Source: Folioceros fuciformis
Taxonomy: Eukaryota
Direction of reading: 5' to 3'
Assembly (NCBI GenBank): GCA_049999805.1
Contig: JBNGIO010006274.1
Location: 143,818 to 207,817 of the forward strand
Length of the DNA stretch: 64,000 nucleotides
Both the position numbers and the translations under genes were made by a program. Under the pieces are notes generated by a model that was given only the letters and a program-made list of their open reading frames with translations, made no database searches and was not told the DNA's origin. Position 1 is the stretch's first letter. The number at the start of each line of letters is the position of its first letter. Shown here piece by piece: positions 35,367 to 50,735 of this stretch.

Positions 35367-35542
35367 AGGTTAGCGGTGGACTCTAAGCGGGGCTACTCTC
35401 GTTACTCCTCGATCTAAGGGTGGCGACCCTTCCTTGCTCTAAGGGGGTACCTTTCGTTGCTCGCCGGTTATCCCTATAAACATCACAAGCTGTCATAATC
35501 CGAATTTTTCCCACGGAAAAAAAAACAGGACGGCAAGACAAG

Positions 35543-35637
35543 CTAAACGTGGACGGCAAGACGCGGGGCTTTCTGCTGTCCCTAAACGTGGAGGGCAAGA
35601 CGCGCGGCTTTCTGCTGTCCCTAAACGTGGACGGCAA
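35543..35637. repeat. 39-bp tandem repeat, about 2.4 copies
   Basis: Unit ctaaacgtgga(c/g)ggcaagacgcg(g/c)ggctttctgctgtcc. Confidence 0.85.
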
Positions 35638-36252
35638 AATTTCTGGCAATCCATGTCTCATGTCTTGGCCCTGGAGGGCCCTGTGGACACACGTGCCGAC
35701 ATTAATGGCCATCGGGTATCCATTTGCAAGCGAAGAGATTGTAACCAAGCTGCACACAAGGCGTGCAAACTCTCGGCTCCTTATGGTATGGACATGTTCC
35801 CATGTAGCTTTGTATAACGGAATGTAAGTAGTGCTTAATAGAAATGCCACTACACTCTACCGACAAAACATGCCATTGCAATTACCCTCATCCACTTATA
35901 ATATGTACGAATGGCTCCTAGTCCTGTAAACCGCCAGCCCCATCTCATGGAGGGTTTGGCCTCCACAAAAATTCTAAGTCTCTCGCCTCAAATGTACAGC
36001 CCGCCAGTACCTCCGGCCAGACCAGTTGCTTTACACTGTAGAGCTCTCGACACAAACTACACAACCTACACACTTATGGTACAATTTGAGATGCATCCTG
36101 CCTGCTCTGGCCTGGACGCTTATGCTGAGACCCCAAATCAGCTTCAAAACTGCCTTGCTGTAATGGTACACCTGATAATTAATGCGCGGGCATCCCGGAT
36201 TCAATCTTAGCCAAAACTTCCCACCCTCCAAGCTTACCCAATTGAGTCCTCG

Positions 36253-39200
36253 CTACTGCAAGGTGCTTAAGAGCTCGCGAGCACTGCTTAAAGTCCAATC
36301 CGCAGTATTTGTCCGTTGCAAGTATCCATTCGACAAATCCTCATTCGAAATAGGAGGCACCGATAGAGGACCAGGCGAATTTGCCATCAGCTCCTCGTTT
36401 AGCCAATCAACAGCTCGTTTCCAGTCCACTCTGCGACCAAGAAGATACTGTCGAGCAGCAGGGCAACTACCTACCAGCTTCACAACAAATTTCACTAATG
36501 CATACCGCTTGTGAGGATTCACGGCCTGCATCATCCATCACAAATTCACTGCATATAGTCAAAACAAGTGGATAAGAAAGGATGGCCACCAACATCTAAC
36601 TTCATATGAGCAGGCTCTGGAAAGTGACATACTTTACCTTCACTACAATAAGATCTATAACCCCTTGGGGGAAATCATGAAATCCAAGGAGCATTATTTC
36701 TTGCCTCACCTGTGCAGACAGCAAAACTTTAGCTCTAGAAACTACTCTGGCATAATCGCTGTCAATTCTACGTCAAGAGCACATTTCAGCACTCACTGTT
36801 TGCAACGAGTCTTTTAATTGCAATAACCGCAATATCAGAGACAGCAGATGACTGACTTCAGTAGTTCCAGCCCTATGGAGCACTTCTAGGATATCCTGAA
36901 GAATTGTCTACAAAAACAGTACAACAGAGATTGTTAGTCACAGAGGACTGGAAAGGTGGAACCTCTACAGTAGGCCGGGCAACATTGCCGGCATCTGTGG
37001 AGCAGGCAAATCAACGGCAAGGAAAATCTTCACGGAACAGAAAATCAGATAGGGCAGTTACCAGACACTCACCACACTAAATGTTTCATTTTGCCAGCAA
37101 CAGAACTCAAGCAACCGGAGTACATCCTCTTGCTCACAGCATGATTCTATCTGCAGGTAGGTACAATTTATTTACGAGGGTAACGAGAGGTGTGCCGTTT
37201 TTCTACCCAACAGACTTGCCAACAATACCAAGGGCCTTAGCCGCATAATGTGAGATGCCAGAACTCACCAGTACGTTTATGTAAGGATGATTCTTGAAGA
37301 TGACTTCTACTGCATCAGATGGCAATGGTAGAACGGGAGCCAGCTGAAGAGGACTGGGTGGACCGACTACCTTGCTCTCCAGTTCATCCGCGCCATCACA
37401 GATCATATTCTCTTTGTCTGGATCAAAATTCTCTACAATATTAAAAGAAAGCACAAGCTTTTCCAACTGAGTGTAGAGGCCTGTCACAACACTAGCACTT
37501 TGAGGACAAAGGTGTTTGGCAAGGTTCATAGAACTAACCACACATCTTTGAGACATCACAGCTCCTTACTAGCAAAGAAACTGTTGAGTGGAGACACGAA
37601 AGATCCACTTTCAAAGCAGAATAGTTGACTTTACTCGCAAATCCTGCCTGCGAAATACATGGACACATCGGGAGACGCCTTAATCGAAGCTACTAAACTG
37701 AACAAGCCATCTCTAGAACCGATCTCCGATTACAATTAGACCTCACCAGGTGGCTGACAACGCATTTCTGAAGGAGATGTTGCCGCTGTGAAGTTCCAAT
37801 CTTGGCATATTCCAGAACTACTCCAAAGTACTGTGACAACACAGGCAACAGAAGTTGATACCAACTGTCAGCCTCGGAGACCCATACGTCCAAAATCAAG
37901 GGATGAGCCAGTGACAACAGTTATCTGGCGATGGATTACATGGAGTTGGGCCCGTAGATGTCAGACTAACCTGTGCTAGGTAGCATTTTGGGACTATTGC
38001 ATCCCTCAGAAGTGATAACAACACCTCTATAAGTGCATCTACGAAGAGAGCATCTGCTTGCCGACCATTGCCATCTCTCAAGTAAGAACTTCCTCGTAAG
38101 AACGAGACTGCACACTGCATAGCCCGCACAAGCATTGCTGCGAACGACTGCATCAACCACATGCCCTCTGATGTGTCAGTACATGAACTACTGTAAACCC
38201 AACCCCCCATTCCACATTCTGCTATTGAATGTACCTGTCGAATCTCATCTACAGGACACTTCAGGAGGTACTGATGTAACCAGTATGGTCTGTCCACTAG
38301 TGCCAAAACAAAATATCTACAGGCATGGATGTTGGCCTCAAGAAGCCTCCACATAGTACTCTGCACACATCGCAGAAGACATCAGTTACAACCTCTAAAC
38401 CAAAGAGACCTTTAACCACACATTTCCATTCCTTGATCACCTTCCACTGTGGTAAGTCTTCACGCAGGCTCGAGTGAGTTCTTAGGTACACTCGCAGCAA
38501 AAACTCAGTGGCAAGTTGTGTTGTTAATCTGGCATATTCGTTAATCTGTACATCAGGTAGCAGACCATCTACTCGTCGCCCAGTAGTCTCCCCCATTCCT
38601 CGAGCACACTTCAAATTATCCTCCACCGTAGCTTGTGATTTTCGAAATAGCCTGCACTAGAATCCCCACAATTCAGTCTTCTACATTAACTGGCTACCTC
38701 AGTGACGTAGAATACAGATACCAGAGCCACAAAAACCCAGTTTCTGACTTTTCAGAAAGTCAGCAGAACAGTATGTGGAAGCCATGCCATTTTCCATCAT
38801 CTCAACATCATCCAGACAGCATAATCACCTTTCATCAAGTATGCCAATTTCGACCTCCACCAGTGTATGCAGAAATCGAAAGTAGTCCTTGTCTAGTAGA
38901 TGATTTTCATGCACAAACCTGGTAATCAAACTACGAGTGAGTAACTCTCCAGAATCAGAAGGCACATGATAGAACCAGACAACCACTGGGACATCAATAT
39001 TAAGGATATAATCCACATTTCAGACAGTAAAAGGATAGACCTTAAATTTTCTTCCCAAACACTTCTGTGAATGGAAGCTGGCATCTGCACAGATGTCAAC
39101 CTGCACAGAGAAATACGTGGACGTTGTTCCCCTCTGAAAAAAGGAAGAAAAAGGCTTAGTTAGCCTGAAACACTTTCCACAAAACTTACGTCAACGGTGG

Positions 39201-42200
39201 TCGTTCTGAAGCTCCAGTCTCCTTCATTGATTCATCTCCATCATCCTCTTCTGATAAGAACCAAAGATATCAATTGGCTGGAAATAACGATGTAAATACA
39301 CTTAAGATGGAAGAACTTCGACGATGAACTAACCTTTACACTTCGAAGTTGCTGTCCCTGCTGGCGAGTCTATGGAATTTCCCTGCTACAATAACAAAAC
39401 ACCCCATCACCATGCTGCTGAGCAGCACAGCAAAAGAAAGCTTCACAAAGAAAAACGCTAAAACACAGGAATGTGCAAGAAAATACCCCAGAATGACACC
39501 TTTCATACAGCAACATATATGCACTGTTAGGACGATCGAACTCCTACAGACAATGAGCAAATGTTATTGATAACAAAATCGTCAAATCCTAGGAGCAAAG
39601 GAAAACGGCGAGATCGAAGTTTGACTTGCAACCCTACAGTTCCCAGCTTACCTGAGGCGCGGTTGTCTTCAAGAAGTTATCGTAAACATCAACCATATAC
39701 TTCCCTCCAAAACAATCCTTCTCTAGATCGTTGATATTGTATGGCTCTACACGCTTATCATCAAACGCTATCCACCTGTAATAACATTCAGCTTCATTTA
39801 GCATCCTTCAACTGGATTGCTCTGCAAAATCACATCCACTTGACTCAAAAAGCTCACTCTCCATTCAGGAAACAGTTTGACTCCATAACAACTCTCAATT
39901 GTCATCACAAAAACATTTTAAAATCATAGCACAACACTAGTAGAAAGTCAAGGGGTTGATTAGAAAATCTCAACAATCAGTTGACCCATCATAGAGGAAG
40001 AATCGTACCGGCCACTTTGATCACCAGCAGCATTAAGGGGACAATCTCCAGGCCTTTCCTTGATATAAGAATAATAATGCCCAGCAAAAGCCGTTCCTGA
40101 ATGGACTACTACACCAACCAACTCATAGTTGTAATAGGAATCTGGTTTGGGTGCCGCATGGGTCACACTAACCTGCTTTACACAACCCTCTTGTGTGATG
40201 CTGCCTTCTGCACAGCTATTACCGTTTTCATTGCATTGGCTACCTGTGACATGGTTCTGAACATCACGTGAAGCCAGCCCCTCCACAGTAAAAGGTTTCA
40301 TGTCCAGATGGACAGGGAACTCAAAACGGTCCTTCAATTTGAGCCTTTGCATGCTCTCATAATCAAAATCAAATCGCTTCAAGTGTACAACCAGTGTGTG
40401 AGGGAGCAACTTTACGCACACCCTTTTCAAAGCGTCTACCTTCACCCCACATTCCTCGCAATAATAGGCATTGTCTGCTTCAAGCAGATCCCCACGTACA
40501 AAAGATTCCAGTGACTCAAGAAGATCCCTTTTATTCTTGACATCAACACTTATTGCTGCAAAAGGCTCCTGTCGCTCACTCTTGTGTGGACACCCACGAC
40601 AGATAACCTGCAGAACACGACTAGCAGCCATCAGCCCAGCTTCAAGTGACGAGAGACGTGATCCAGAATGAGGATATGATGCAAACCTGCTGTACAAACA
40701 CTCCGCCGAAAATTTTTGTCAGAGTGGTCTCTTGTTGTGTAGCCTTCAGAGTCTCATCCACAGTATCATACAAGCGATTAAAAAACTCAAACGCATCCTG
40801 GTGCTCTCTCAAGTTTATTGGCAAGCCATCGTAGTCCCTATAGGCACACCAGAACCCTTGGGGAGTATAATGATCTAGGTTACTCCCTAGAAGAGCCCCA
40901 AACATAGCTTGCAACTGAAAAAACACTGAATCTGGCTTTTCACTGTCATCGCACTCACTACAAGCAAGAACAGTCCGTCGCACTTCCGGCTGCATATAAA
41001 GCTGCTGGAACACCGAGTTCATATAACAGGTTGCTCCGGCATTTTTTAGGCCAACATAGCCCCCAACTGCCTTTCGCCCATAAGAAGGAATATGTTCCCA
41101 CTCTGGAATCTCTGACGAGAAGTGTATTTTTACCAAAAGGTCTACTACTTCTCGAAGATTGTCCAGAGAATGTGTTGCCAAGAAAATCAATAGTTGGAAA
41201 GCTTTATCTCTGCTCCGTCTGGTACTGCACTTGGACTGGAACATGGAATCATCTTGTGGACTCCCACCATTGCCATCAAAGTGCATTGCCCCACTGACAG
41301 CCTCGAGATCTTCACTTTTGCCCCACAGGAGGGCAGATTCACGGAAAAGAAAATAACGAATAATCTAGGGCATGCAAAGCAATGGTTAGTACCAAATACC
41401 CTTGTACATGCAAAACAGTGGATAAAAGACAGTTACTTATCACGAACACATCACAGCCTCAGAAGCGGGAGAACTGACCTCGTGCACAAGACCTCCTTGT
41501 AAAGCTCTTGTAGAGCTAACACGTCGATTGTCCAAGACCTCCACAAGTATCTTGATTAATGTCAGGTGCCCCTCAAGCAACTGCCAAGCAATATCAATAT
41601 TGATCAGTCCCAAACGCCTAACCCAAGAGTCAGTACAACCGCTAAAGTGGGCTACATCAATGCACATGAGAGATGTATATGCAAACCCTGTCATCCTCAT
41701 CAATTGCCACTGGAGCAGACTTCAACCATGTGAGCTCTTCAACCAGCTGATTCTCAGCCATTTCGGTGTCCTCAGCTCCTTTCAGCCTGGATAGCAGTTG
41801 CCCAAGCAGCTCCCAGTACTGCAACAAACGCAATCTGAGGATCAATAGGAGTAATGGACTACAACCACAATCCCGGGCCTCCCCTGAAAACAGTACAGAT
41901 CAAACCATTACAGCATGGTCATTACATGCAGACAGCGCCTGGGCTGCTTGTTGGCTTCTCCTTTCGCTCCTATAAGAGCTGCCAATATGTATTGGTGAGC
42001 AACAGGCTGCTTATCCGAATTATCTGTTGATATTTTACTGGAAATTCACCAACCAGCAATGTAAGCATCTGGCAGAGATAACAAAAACTTCACACACAGC
42101 ACTGACAGGTGATCTTAAGTCAACACACCACTAAAACCCACCTTAAGTCCAAGAAGGTTACCGCTGAACGGAGGCGGACGCGCTCATTTGGGGGGTACAA

Positions 42201-45200
42201 GACCATGTCCTGCACACGTACACACATTGTGATGCTGCATAAACCCATGATCACCTACGGTGGCCATCTACAAGCTAGACATATTCCATTGCATTGACAA
42301 GACATTTGATCAAAACTCCTCCCGCAGTTCTCTGACTTTCTATACCACTTGTTACAGCTTGGACAACCTTCAAGCACATATGTCATGCAGTATGATAAAC
42401 GACCTGACCTAAAACAAATCAACACTTTCAGCTAGGCTGTCCAGACGTTACCACAATAAATCGTCCAGTCTCAGATGAGGAGAAAAAAGGAGCGAGCAAT
42501 TCCCTGTGCATCAATAAGCATGAAACCTGATACACAAAGATAAGTCTTAGAAAGCAAGCATATAGTTCACAGGCTACCCAGGAGAAAAAGAGAGTCGATG
42601 AGAACTTTTGGTTGTGCCAACCTACCAGCAGACTCAGTGCCTCAGTGCAGAGATATTCATCTTCTGAATCCAGTTCAGTCCCCTCAACCTGAGCTGGTGT
42701 TTTCTTCTGCAACCACCGTAAGAGGTTGAGGACTTAAATCAAAGAACTCCTTTCATCCAACTTCACCACAAATATGTATGTACAGTTTGTGTACCCAGTC
42801 TGCTCTCCTCTCCAATTTCCTTAAACTTGCAGAGAATGACAGAGAGCTGCCCATAGCCGATATATGGCCAAGGCCTGCTGACCATGTCAATCGCTTCAGG
42901 GCTTGAACCACTGCGCTCATGTCCACAATCTCAAGCACACCATCCAGATTCTGACAAAAGGCTAGAAGTCAGGGCCAATATATATGTAAACAACAAATGA
43001 GATCAATAGACTTCAAAGCTTGAAACCTAGAGTCTTCAGAACTACCTTAGACCCATTTGATTTGCCATCTTCGGCCTGCTTACTGCTAATGCCAATCATG
43101 CAGCCAGCTTCTTCTTCTGAGACCTCTCCGTCATCTGTGACAACACTCCCATCCGCCCTAAATCACCCAAACAAAATTGAACAGTCTGCAAGCACTTAGA
43201 AAATCGATTTTGTCCAATGATGCTTAAGATATCGAATGATGTAACACTCCCATATACCTGGTGACATCTGGCGGAGACACATCAAATATCTCTTCACCAT
43301 GTTTGTTCAAAAGCTGCAGCCAAAAGGTGTGATGGTTAGGAATGTTGAACCCGCAGGTGATCATCAACTGATTTGCTGTGATGCGGTAGCACCCGCACAC
43401 CCCTCAGCAAAGGCTGATCCTTATTTACTGTTGGCGAGTCAAATTGCAAGCTTCAAAACATCGAGGAGATAACTACTCAAACCTTTTTCACCACCAAACT
43501 GCCTCACAGAGGAAGTGTATTTTAAGGACACTGCTAACCCAGGCCCTTGACCACAAAACTGGACATCAAGCGAGGCCTCACCAAGTATTTCAGAATCCTC
43601 AACCCACTTGCATAACAACCACGACGTGTTCGCTCGTCAATTCCTTCTGGCAGTGCCCCTGATTCAAACACAGCCAGCAAATGCCTGTACACATGAACAC
43701 AGGGCAGTCATGGCTTTGCAGGGAATCCGCTTCCAAGACATGGTGAAAAACTTGGAGGTAGTCGAGAGCTTACTGAAATCCACCAAATCGAAGAAAATCC
43801 AAACGGAACCGACTCGTATGTGTCTCTTGTATCCTGTTCACAGGCATGAGAATGCCATCGAGAACCTACAAATCCGACCCAGCTTAGACTTCAAGGCAGT
43901 AGCAGAGGATTCTAATACAACTGGTGGCACAACCTAATAACCACAATCCCAGCCTTACATCACTCCAGAAAGTAGGACCTACAACTGCTGAACTTGCAAA
44001 CAACGGTTGCACCTACATCTTGTACGGCAAGGCACAAATAACACCTGCACATCAGACACACATGTGAACATGTCACAGTTTTTACCTGCAAGGTATAAAG
44101 AAGTCGAGATCGAGCCCCGAAATGAGCAGACAACTGCTTCCTAGCAATTTCTGGACTCTTTTTATGCAAATTCTGCAGACAAAAAAAAATGACAAGATTT
44201 AGGGGGGGAATTTTGAGTGCTCTTGTGCGATTCTCGTGAGAGGAGAGGAATACTACCTCAAAATCTGCCAACAATGCTGGATGAGTTGGAAGCAAAGACA
44301 GTAACAAATTCGCGCCCTTTAAACATACAAACAGTGCCAAGAAAAACGAATCACAGAAACGATTAACAATTCAGATGTCTAAGTCCTTCCTCCAGAGACA
44401 TCCACAAAGAGAAGCTGTAAAAGCAAGAAAGGCATGGCCCAACAAACCACTTCTTACAACTACCACAATCTGCACAAAACAGATGTTCTAAAACTTTAAA
44501 AAAGGGTAGAGGAGCAGTAATCTCAAGCTCCCCATGCACTGAAGAAATACCTCTCGGACCCTGCTGTTGCTGGCATCAGCTAACTGGAACAATATATCAT
44601 AGATCTGCAGGGAGTCCATCGGATAGTCATGAAACAATTATTGATACCAGAATCAGGATGATACTACAAAGTTTCAACTTGCGTTGGACTTTCGGTTCAC
44701 TAGGTGGAATGAAAAAACATTGAACCTTCAACCTGTTCACTAACCTCAATCTTTTTAGATATAAGCACCCCGGGCAGCTCTTGTTCATCCATGGCTTCAA
44801 CCGCCCGTTCAACAATATTCACCTAACAGAGACAGTAATATCACTTCCATTACACTAACATGGTGTATGACCGAGTGCTATCAGAACTTGATTTACCATC
44901 ATAAGCATCAATGAGTTCAATTGTCTAGCCAAGCATATGGGGACATACAGCTGCTGAAATTGGGTACCCATCAACTAAACCACACTGTTGCAAAACCTTC
45001 ACAGTGCCAATGCGGAATCAAGATCAGGATCAAAGATTAACGTAACTCCACGTCCGCCTTGAAAGCCAAATCGCTCTAGAGAAAAGATAGACAATGCACC
45101 CACACACCTGCGCGTCCTCAACAAGTTCCTTGTTAAGGCAAGTAAGACGGACACGCTGAGAAGGACACTCCAATCGCTTTGCCACCTGTGAGGGTTCAGA

Positions 45201-48200
45201 TGACAGCGTGAACAGGAGCTGTATTAAAGGCTCCATACGTGAAGTACACCACCTATACCCCCTAAGCTGCTACAGCGGAGCTCTATTTCCCAGTCTCCTA
45301 CCAGACTCAAAGGTGTCCAGGACAATTAAGAGATAATCTGCTGTACCTTGGCGCGAAGAGAACCCAAATACTCGTTTGCATGAACCCACAAATCAAACCT
45401 GGTGGGGGTGCCCTGCTTACTGGCAGTAGTTATCTGGGAATATAAAGAACAAACATAAAGAAGAATGGTTAATCGTTAAAGAACGTGGAGAGGTGGGCAT
45501 TGAAACTGACCAACCCACTAGATGAAGTCTGCCAAATCTGTTGCCTCAGAAAGCAACTGAACTCATGCAGAGATTCTCAAAGATTTGAACAAAAATGGGG
45601 AAAAGGATTGAGCCGTACTCCCAGCAAAAGAGGCCTCCCCTGGAAAGAAGCACCATGAGCTGGCATCTTTCGGGGGCACCTTCCTTCACACCGAAGAATA
45701 AAAAGCTGCCATGCAATCGTATCAGCTCACCAGTAAAGAAGTTTTCACAATAAGCTACGACTCATGGCACCTAGCCCCTCAGAAACCATAAACTGAAGTG
45801 AAGAGATGCACGCAACCAAGAAAGGAGTGACAAAATCTGATTCCCAATATGTACAAGAACACTTACTCTCAGCAACCGAAGGCAGCGCTCCACTTGATGG
45901 ACCTCTCCAACTGCGACATCCAAACTTGCTAATAAATGGTCGTTACTACCTCCTTTGTTGGGGTCTACAAAAGGCCTCTCTTCACCATTGTCCACCTTCA
46001 CCCCGCCATTTAAAATCCCCTCTGCCATGCTGCAACTTGCCAAAATACTGCTCTCTGCTGACTCCACCTGGTTCTTAACCCCGTCATTTCGAAGTGCTGA
46101 GATGAGGTGCCGCATGCACTCATCGATGAAACTCTGACGAATGGCCACCACTTCTTGTTGCAGAGACTCAGAAAGCCAGGTATGTACATCTCGCAGCATA
46201 ATGATGCTCTGATCCACAATCACGTCAACAGAAGAACAAAGGGCTACATCCCACAGATAAGGGAGGCCCACAAGATCAAGATCCTCTGTAATGTAGTTAT
46301 CATCGCCACGTAGCTGCTTCAGTTTCTTCTCATTCACGTTCACCCAAAGAAATAACCCAGTAAAGCACCTGCAATAGCACAAATGCCTTTCATGTTACTC
46401 AAATGTCTCGTTGTACAGCAATGCATAGGGCTCTGCACTCCTGTCCTACATAAGCCCTGCAACCCAAACTGCAATACACTCACCGATATGCCGTAGGAGT
46501 CAAAGAAGCTGGGTGGATTGACGTGATTTTCTCTGTCAGAACACTTGCTCGGGCTTCAGGTGAAATCACTTCAAGCGCGTCAGAAAGCCACTTCATGAAC
46601 ATTTCTTCGTCTAACTTCCCAGCTGGAGATTCCACCAAGCAGTTCCACACTCTCTCTGTCAGCTCCCATGGAAGACTTGCTCCAGCAGACTGGTTCGGAA
46701 AGATTTGCAATTAATGTCAGAAATAGCAGGCATGCAAGTTGGAACTGCAGTGCTTAAGACATTTTTTCAATGTAATCAGCACCCTACAGACAACCACGAG
46801 CCTAAAAGGCTGAGGGAACAATGCGTCACCTGCAAAGAGAAGAGAAGAAAATCAAGGCGCTCTTGAACGTGCTCCTTGTGGCTGTATTGTTTATCCCTTT
46901 CAGACGATTTTGAACCATTCGCAGTGCCTGAGGGTGCTGAGCAAGCACGAGCCATGTACACCTCAAGGCTGCTCACGACCTGGATATACCAGTTTGCATT
47001 CCGAACACAATCACAGATTACATCACAGTTGGCGTGAAGTTAGCATCACAGCAGAAAATCCTCAACCTGGATGTAAGGACAGGAGTTTATCACACACCGT
47101 TTGAGTGAGGGCCTCATTTTTAATGAGTTCTTGCAGCCGCATTTGTCGAGAAACTTCACCCTGCATGTTCCAGGACCCAAAATTCCATAATTTTGCTCTC
47201 ATAAGCTACATAGTTCCTTGCCAAGATCATACATACAATCCATCCAAGTCTGTCTTGCGACTCTATCAGGAATTCACTTCACACTCAATCAGGTTGTTGG
47301 CTCCAGGTGCTCCAAATAGGTGCATATCCATGTAAATCTTTAAAGGGGCAAAAGGACACCTATTTGATAGGGGAAGGCAGGTCATGAGCGCACAACACTT
47401 GCAAATTTAAATGTAGTACAAACAAACCTGTAACGGCAAACTTCAAGAAAAAAGTTCTAACAGATAGAAACTATGTACGCAGCAGACCACAGTCATAGAG
47501 GCGTCATCCTGAGGGACGTACAGTACAGATTACCGTATAGAATGGCTTTTCATTGTCCAACAATATTATTTCTCTAAGTAGTCGCAAGGATGGTATAACG
47601 GATTCGCCATTCTCTATGTTCTTCAGACACCGAGAAATGTAAACCTGGCCAACGCATTTGACGCACAATGAGCACAATGGGACAGCGGCAGTCAAAGGGC
47701 AGCAAACTGCAACCCAAGAAAACTAATACGTCAGAAACATGGATCTATTCTGGAGCCTCCTAAACCTCAAGCATGCAGCAGAGCCAATGCAGCAATAGCT
47801 CTACTTGGAAGTCCATACATCTTTGCTGGCGCAACTGACTGAGTCATAGTGACCAAGAATTTCAGTTAAGGCTCCTGATTCCAAAATCTCTGCAGGCGCT
47901 TCGCCTGAGTGCATCATGTTCCATAGAAGTTCAAGCAATCTGACACAACAAAGAGAACAATGCTATAAGACTGGCCAAACCCCTGTTGACGAGCTAATGC
48001 ACAGAAATCCGCCGCAATCATGTACTTCTCGTTTCAAATACTCATAAGGTATCTAAGAGGGTAGGAAAATTCAAAACTACAAAATGATAATACCTTGAAG
48101 CCATGACGCCTTTGGTGTCACTTCGCGCTAACTTCTTCACAAGCGAAAGAATCTTCACAATATCAGCAGCTGGACGGCCCTGACAACACCACAGAATGCC

Positions 48201-50294
48201 CTGAGCGTTTCGTTCTAGAAACAGGGTTCACAAAAGCTCACTTGCAGAAACGGTGCCTTCAAGGTTGCTTATAGCACACTACAGTACCTGGCTCCGCTCA
48301 AACCTTCCAAAGAGGCTGTCAAGTTGTTCATCAGAAAAGGACCAGGCAAGATCAGCAAGCAGATCAAAAATATTGGCCTTGACCTGCGACATCCAGAATG
48401 CAGACCACAGGATCAGGTTCGCTCCTTGGAAAAATAAGGACATGTAATGGCTGGTTTCTGGGCTGGCAGTGGGCACCGTCTCGAATTGATCTGGTTTCTC
48501 TGTGGCTGCCCAAATTGCATCCAAGTGCTCCTCTGACAGTCGGCGCTCTTGCAGAAGATACCTCATTATCTTCTCCACCTGTTCTAAATGACACATGGCA
48601 CGTGATCAGGAAACTTGTGATGCTGCCACGGTCACCGTCCCCAGCCCCAGATACTGGGGACATGCGCGGAACAAACTATTGAGAACCAGACTCAAGCCTG
48701 CGAAGTGTATGACCTCGATACACTCAATTTGAGCAGTAAGAGAGGGACAACTACGTGCCTGATCGACATATTGCTTATGATGTAAGTGAGAGCGGAGTAT
48801 GTGCCGCAGGATATCATTCTCCTCGAGCCACTGTATTGTTGTAAAGACAGAACGTGAGTTGTCCCTGCAAACGTACGTAGTACACTATCATCTCTCTGTT
48901 ACCATAATCAATCAAACATAAGAGTGGCAAAGGAAAACCAAGGCACAGTGAAAACTTGGGTTGAGTACTTGTCCACGCCCCAGGAGGGAGGTTGGCAGAG
49001 ACCACGTCCGTGTGACGATTGAGGCTCATGAGAAGTAGAAGCTCATAGCCGTGGAAGCGAACAAGCAGAAAAGGGCGTAGTACCTTGAAGCTATAAACCG
49101 GGCGTTCTCCAAGAGTTTGTTGATCTCCCGGACTGCGCTCAATTGCTTATTAAAGGACGGGAAACCAAGCATGCGCTCCACCATCCTTCGTTGCACTACA
49201 CTGACCATACTCTCAGCCTTCTCAGCGGAAAGGCTCCTGCCAATGATCGCCTGCAGGTGTTTGAGGATTGAAGAAAGTGCCCCAAAGGAACCATCCCGGG
49301 TGTTGTCACTAAGGGCATCCACATCCTTCTCCAAGAGGTCCGAAACGTATTGCAAGAGTCGAGTGCAGGGATCAACAAAAGCTTGCGCGACGTCATCGAT
49401 GAGAAACTCCACAGCCTTGGCGATTGGTAGCAGGAGGACTTCAATAACTGCAGGCATGAGCTTTTGCGGCTGATTGAGTACCCGCAGGAGAGACTGGTAA
49501 CCGCTGCCATAATTTGTGAAGCCAAAGTAATTGACCAGATATGCAAGCCAGCAGTGGACATCCGGAGGTTGACACCTTGAACACGGACAGCCATCAGCTT
49601 CTCGAACGGACGCCTTGCGAGCGGAGCAATACCAATCCCCATTCTTCTGTTTAACAGGAGCACCCGGCACCGGCTTGGCAAACTTGTGCGGGTAGGAGAG
49701 AGCGAAAGGCGGCAGCGCAGTCTGCTCCTTATGCTTGACGTGGAACTGACTGTGCTTGTCGAAGCCGATTGCCAAGGCCCTGAGCAAAGGAACGAGGTCC
49801 TCATCCACAGCAGAGTTGAGGTCGTCCTGGATGAGCTGGGGCAGCTTAGCTACCACCAAGTCCATGAGGCGACACACGGCATCCAAGATGTTAGCATGGA
49901 TGTCATCCGCCCACTTCCAAATTGCCTTATCGTCCAAACATTTCTCGAACGCACTAGGGACAGCTTCGCGGTAGAGGGTCTGCAGACGACGCAGCTCCAA
50001 GCTGCTCTCCTCTACACCGACGTGCACAATTTTGGCAGCAGAGGCTAAGCACTGGCTAAGTTGAGTGGGATATACAGTCCAAGGCCACTTGTTGAGTCCC
50101 TCCAGCACCTGCGACAGATGATCACGGGGAAATTCGTAGGGCAGCTCCTCCTCGAGATCGGCATCTGTGGCGTGCATGGTTAGGTCGGTTCCGTCGAACT
50201 CTCCCATCGATGACTCCTCGTCGCTACTGTTGCTCTCCCAGGTCTCGGGGTCGTCGGAGCGAGACGGTGGCCGCTCCCAGACACGATGATCCAT
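36253..50294 (-). CDS. Large ubiquitin C-terminal hydrolase of the USP9X/USP24 (Fat facets) type, many exons
   Basis: Cys box VGLKNAGATCYMNSVFQQLYM, REHQDAFEFF, HLKRFDFDY and His box GVVVHSGTAFAGHYYSYIK. The N-terminal region has SFNKQLSAVREINKLL, WLEENDILRHILRSHLH and LLADLAWSFSDEQLD; the C-terminus is SNEDLSNGYLQRTNTADWTL. First in-frame ATG at 50294. Confidence 0.9.
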
Positions 50295-50735
50295 AGGCGG
50301 CTCTACGGGAGGAGCAAGATACGAGGACGAGCCTCCGGGTGCAGGGGAAGCTGCAGGGGCGGGAACGGGGACCGCGGAGAGCAAGGCGGGGGAGTTGGGG
50401 GAGGGGCGGACATTCAAGCGGGGGCAAGCCAAGGGGGCCTGGCCTGGGGAATGGGGCAGGGAAGGGGTAGGGGCAGCGCTAGCGTCAGAGCCGCCGCCGA
50501 GCAGATGTACCGGGACTGCCTGCAAGGTGAGGAGGAGAAGCAGGTGGAGGCGGATGGAGAGCGAGCTAGCAGCCTGGCCATCCCTGCCTCGCGTCTTGCC
50601 TGCTTCCGAGTTTGTCACCGGCTCCACTCTCGTCGTGCCTGTGACTTGCTCGCCCTGCCTTGTTAGACTAGCTGCCTAGCTGCCTAGCTGCCTGCTGTTC
50701 CGAGTCGATCCAGCTACCTTGGTTACGCCTCGAAA

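Noticed and set aside
39002-39009. ATATCCTT on the minus strand, a U12 AT-AC donor consensus
   Set aside because: It lies inside an ordinary GT-AG intron whose ends already give the correct frame (EENLR|FVHEN).
48579-48758. Possible GC-AG intron in the USP gene (YVDQ|VEKI)
   Set aside because: An alternative GT donor and AG acceptor a few bases away also keep the frame, so it cannot be resolved without RNA data.
50295-50627. N-terminal extension of the USP ORF from a GTG start
   Set aside because: The low-complexity Pro/Ser-rich frame lacks an ATG and is more likely 5' UTR; the first ATG is at 50294.
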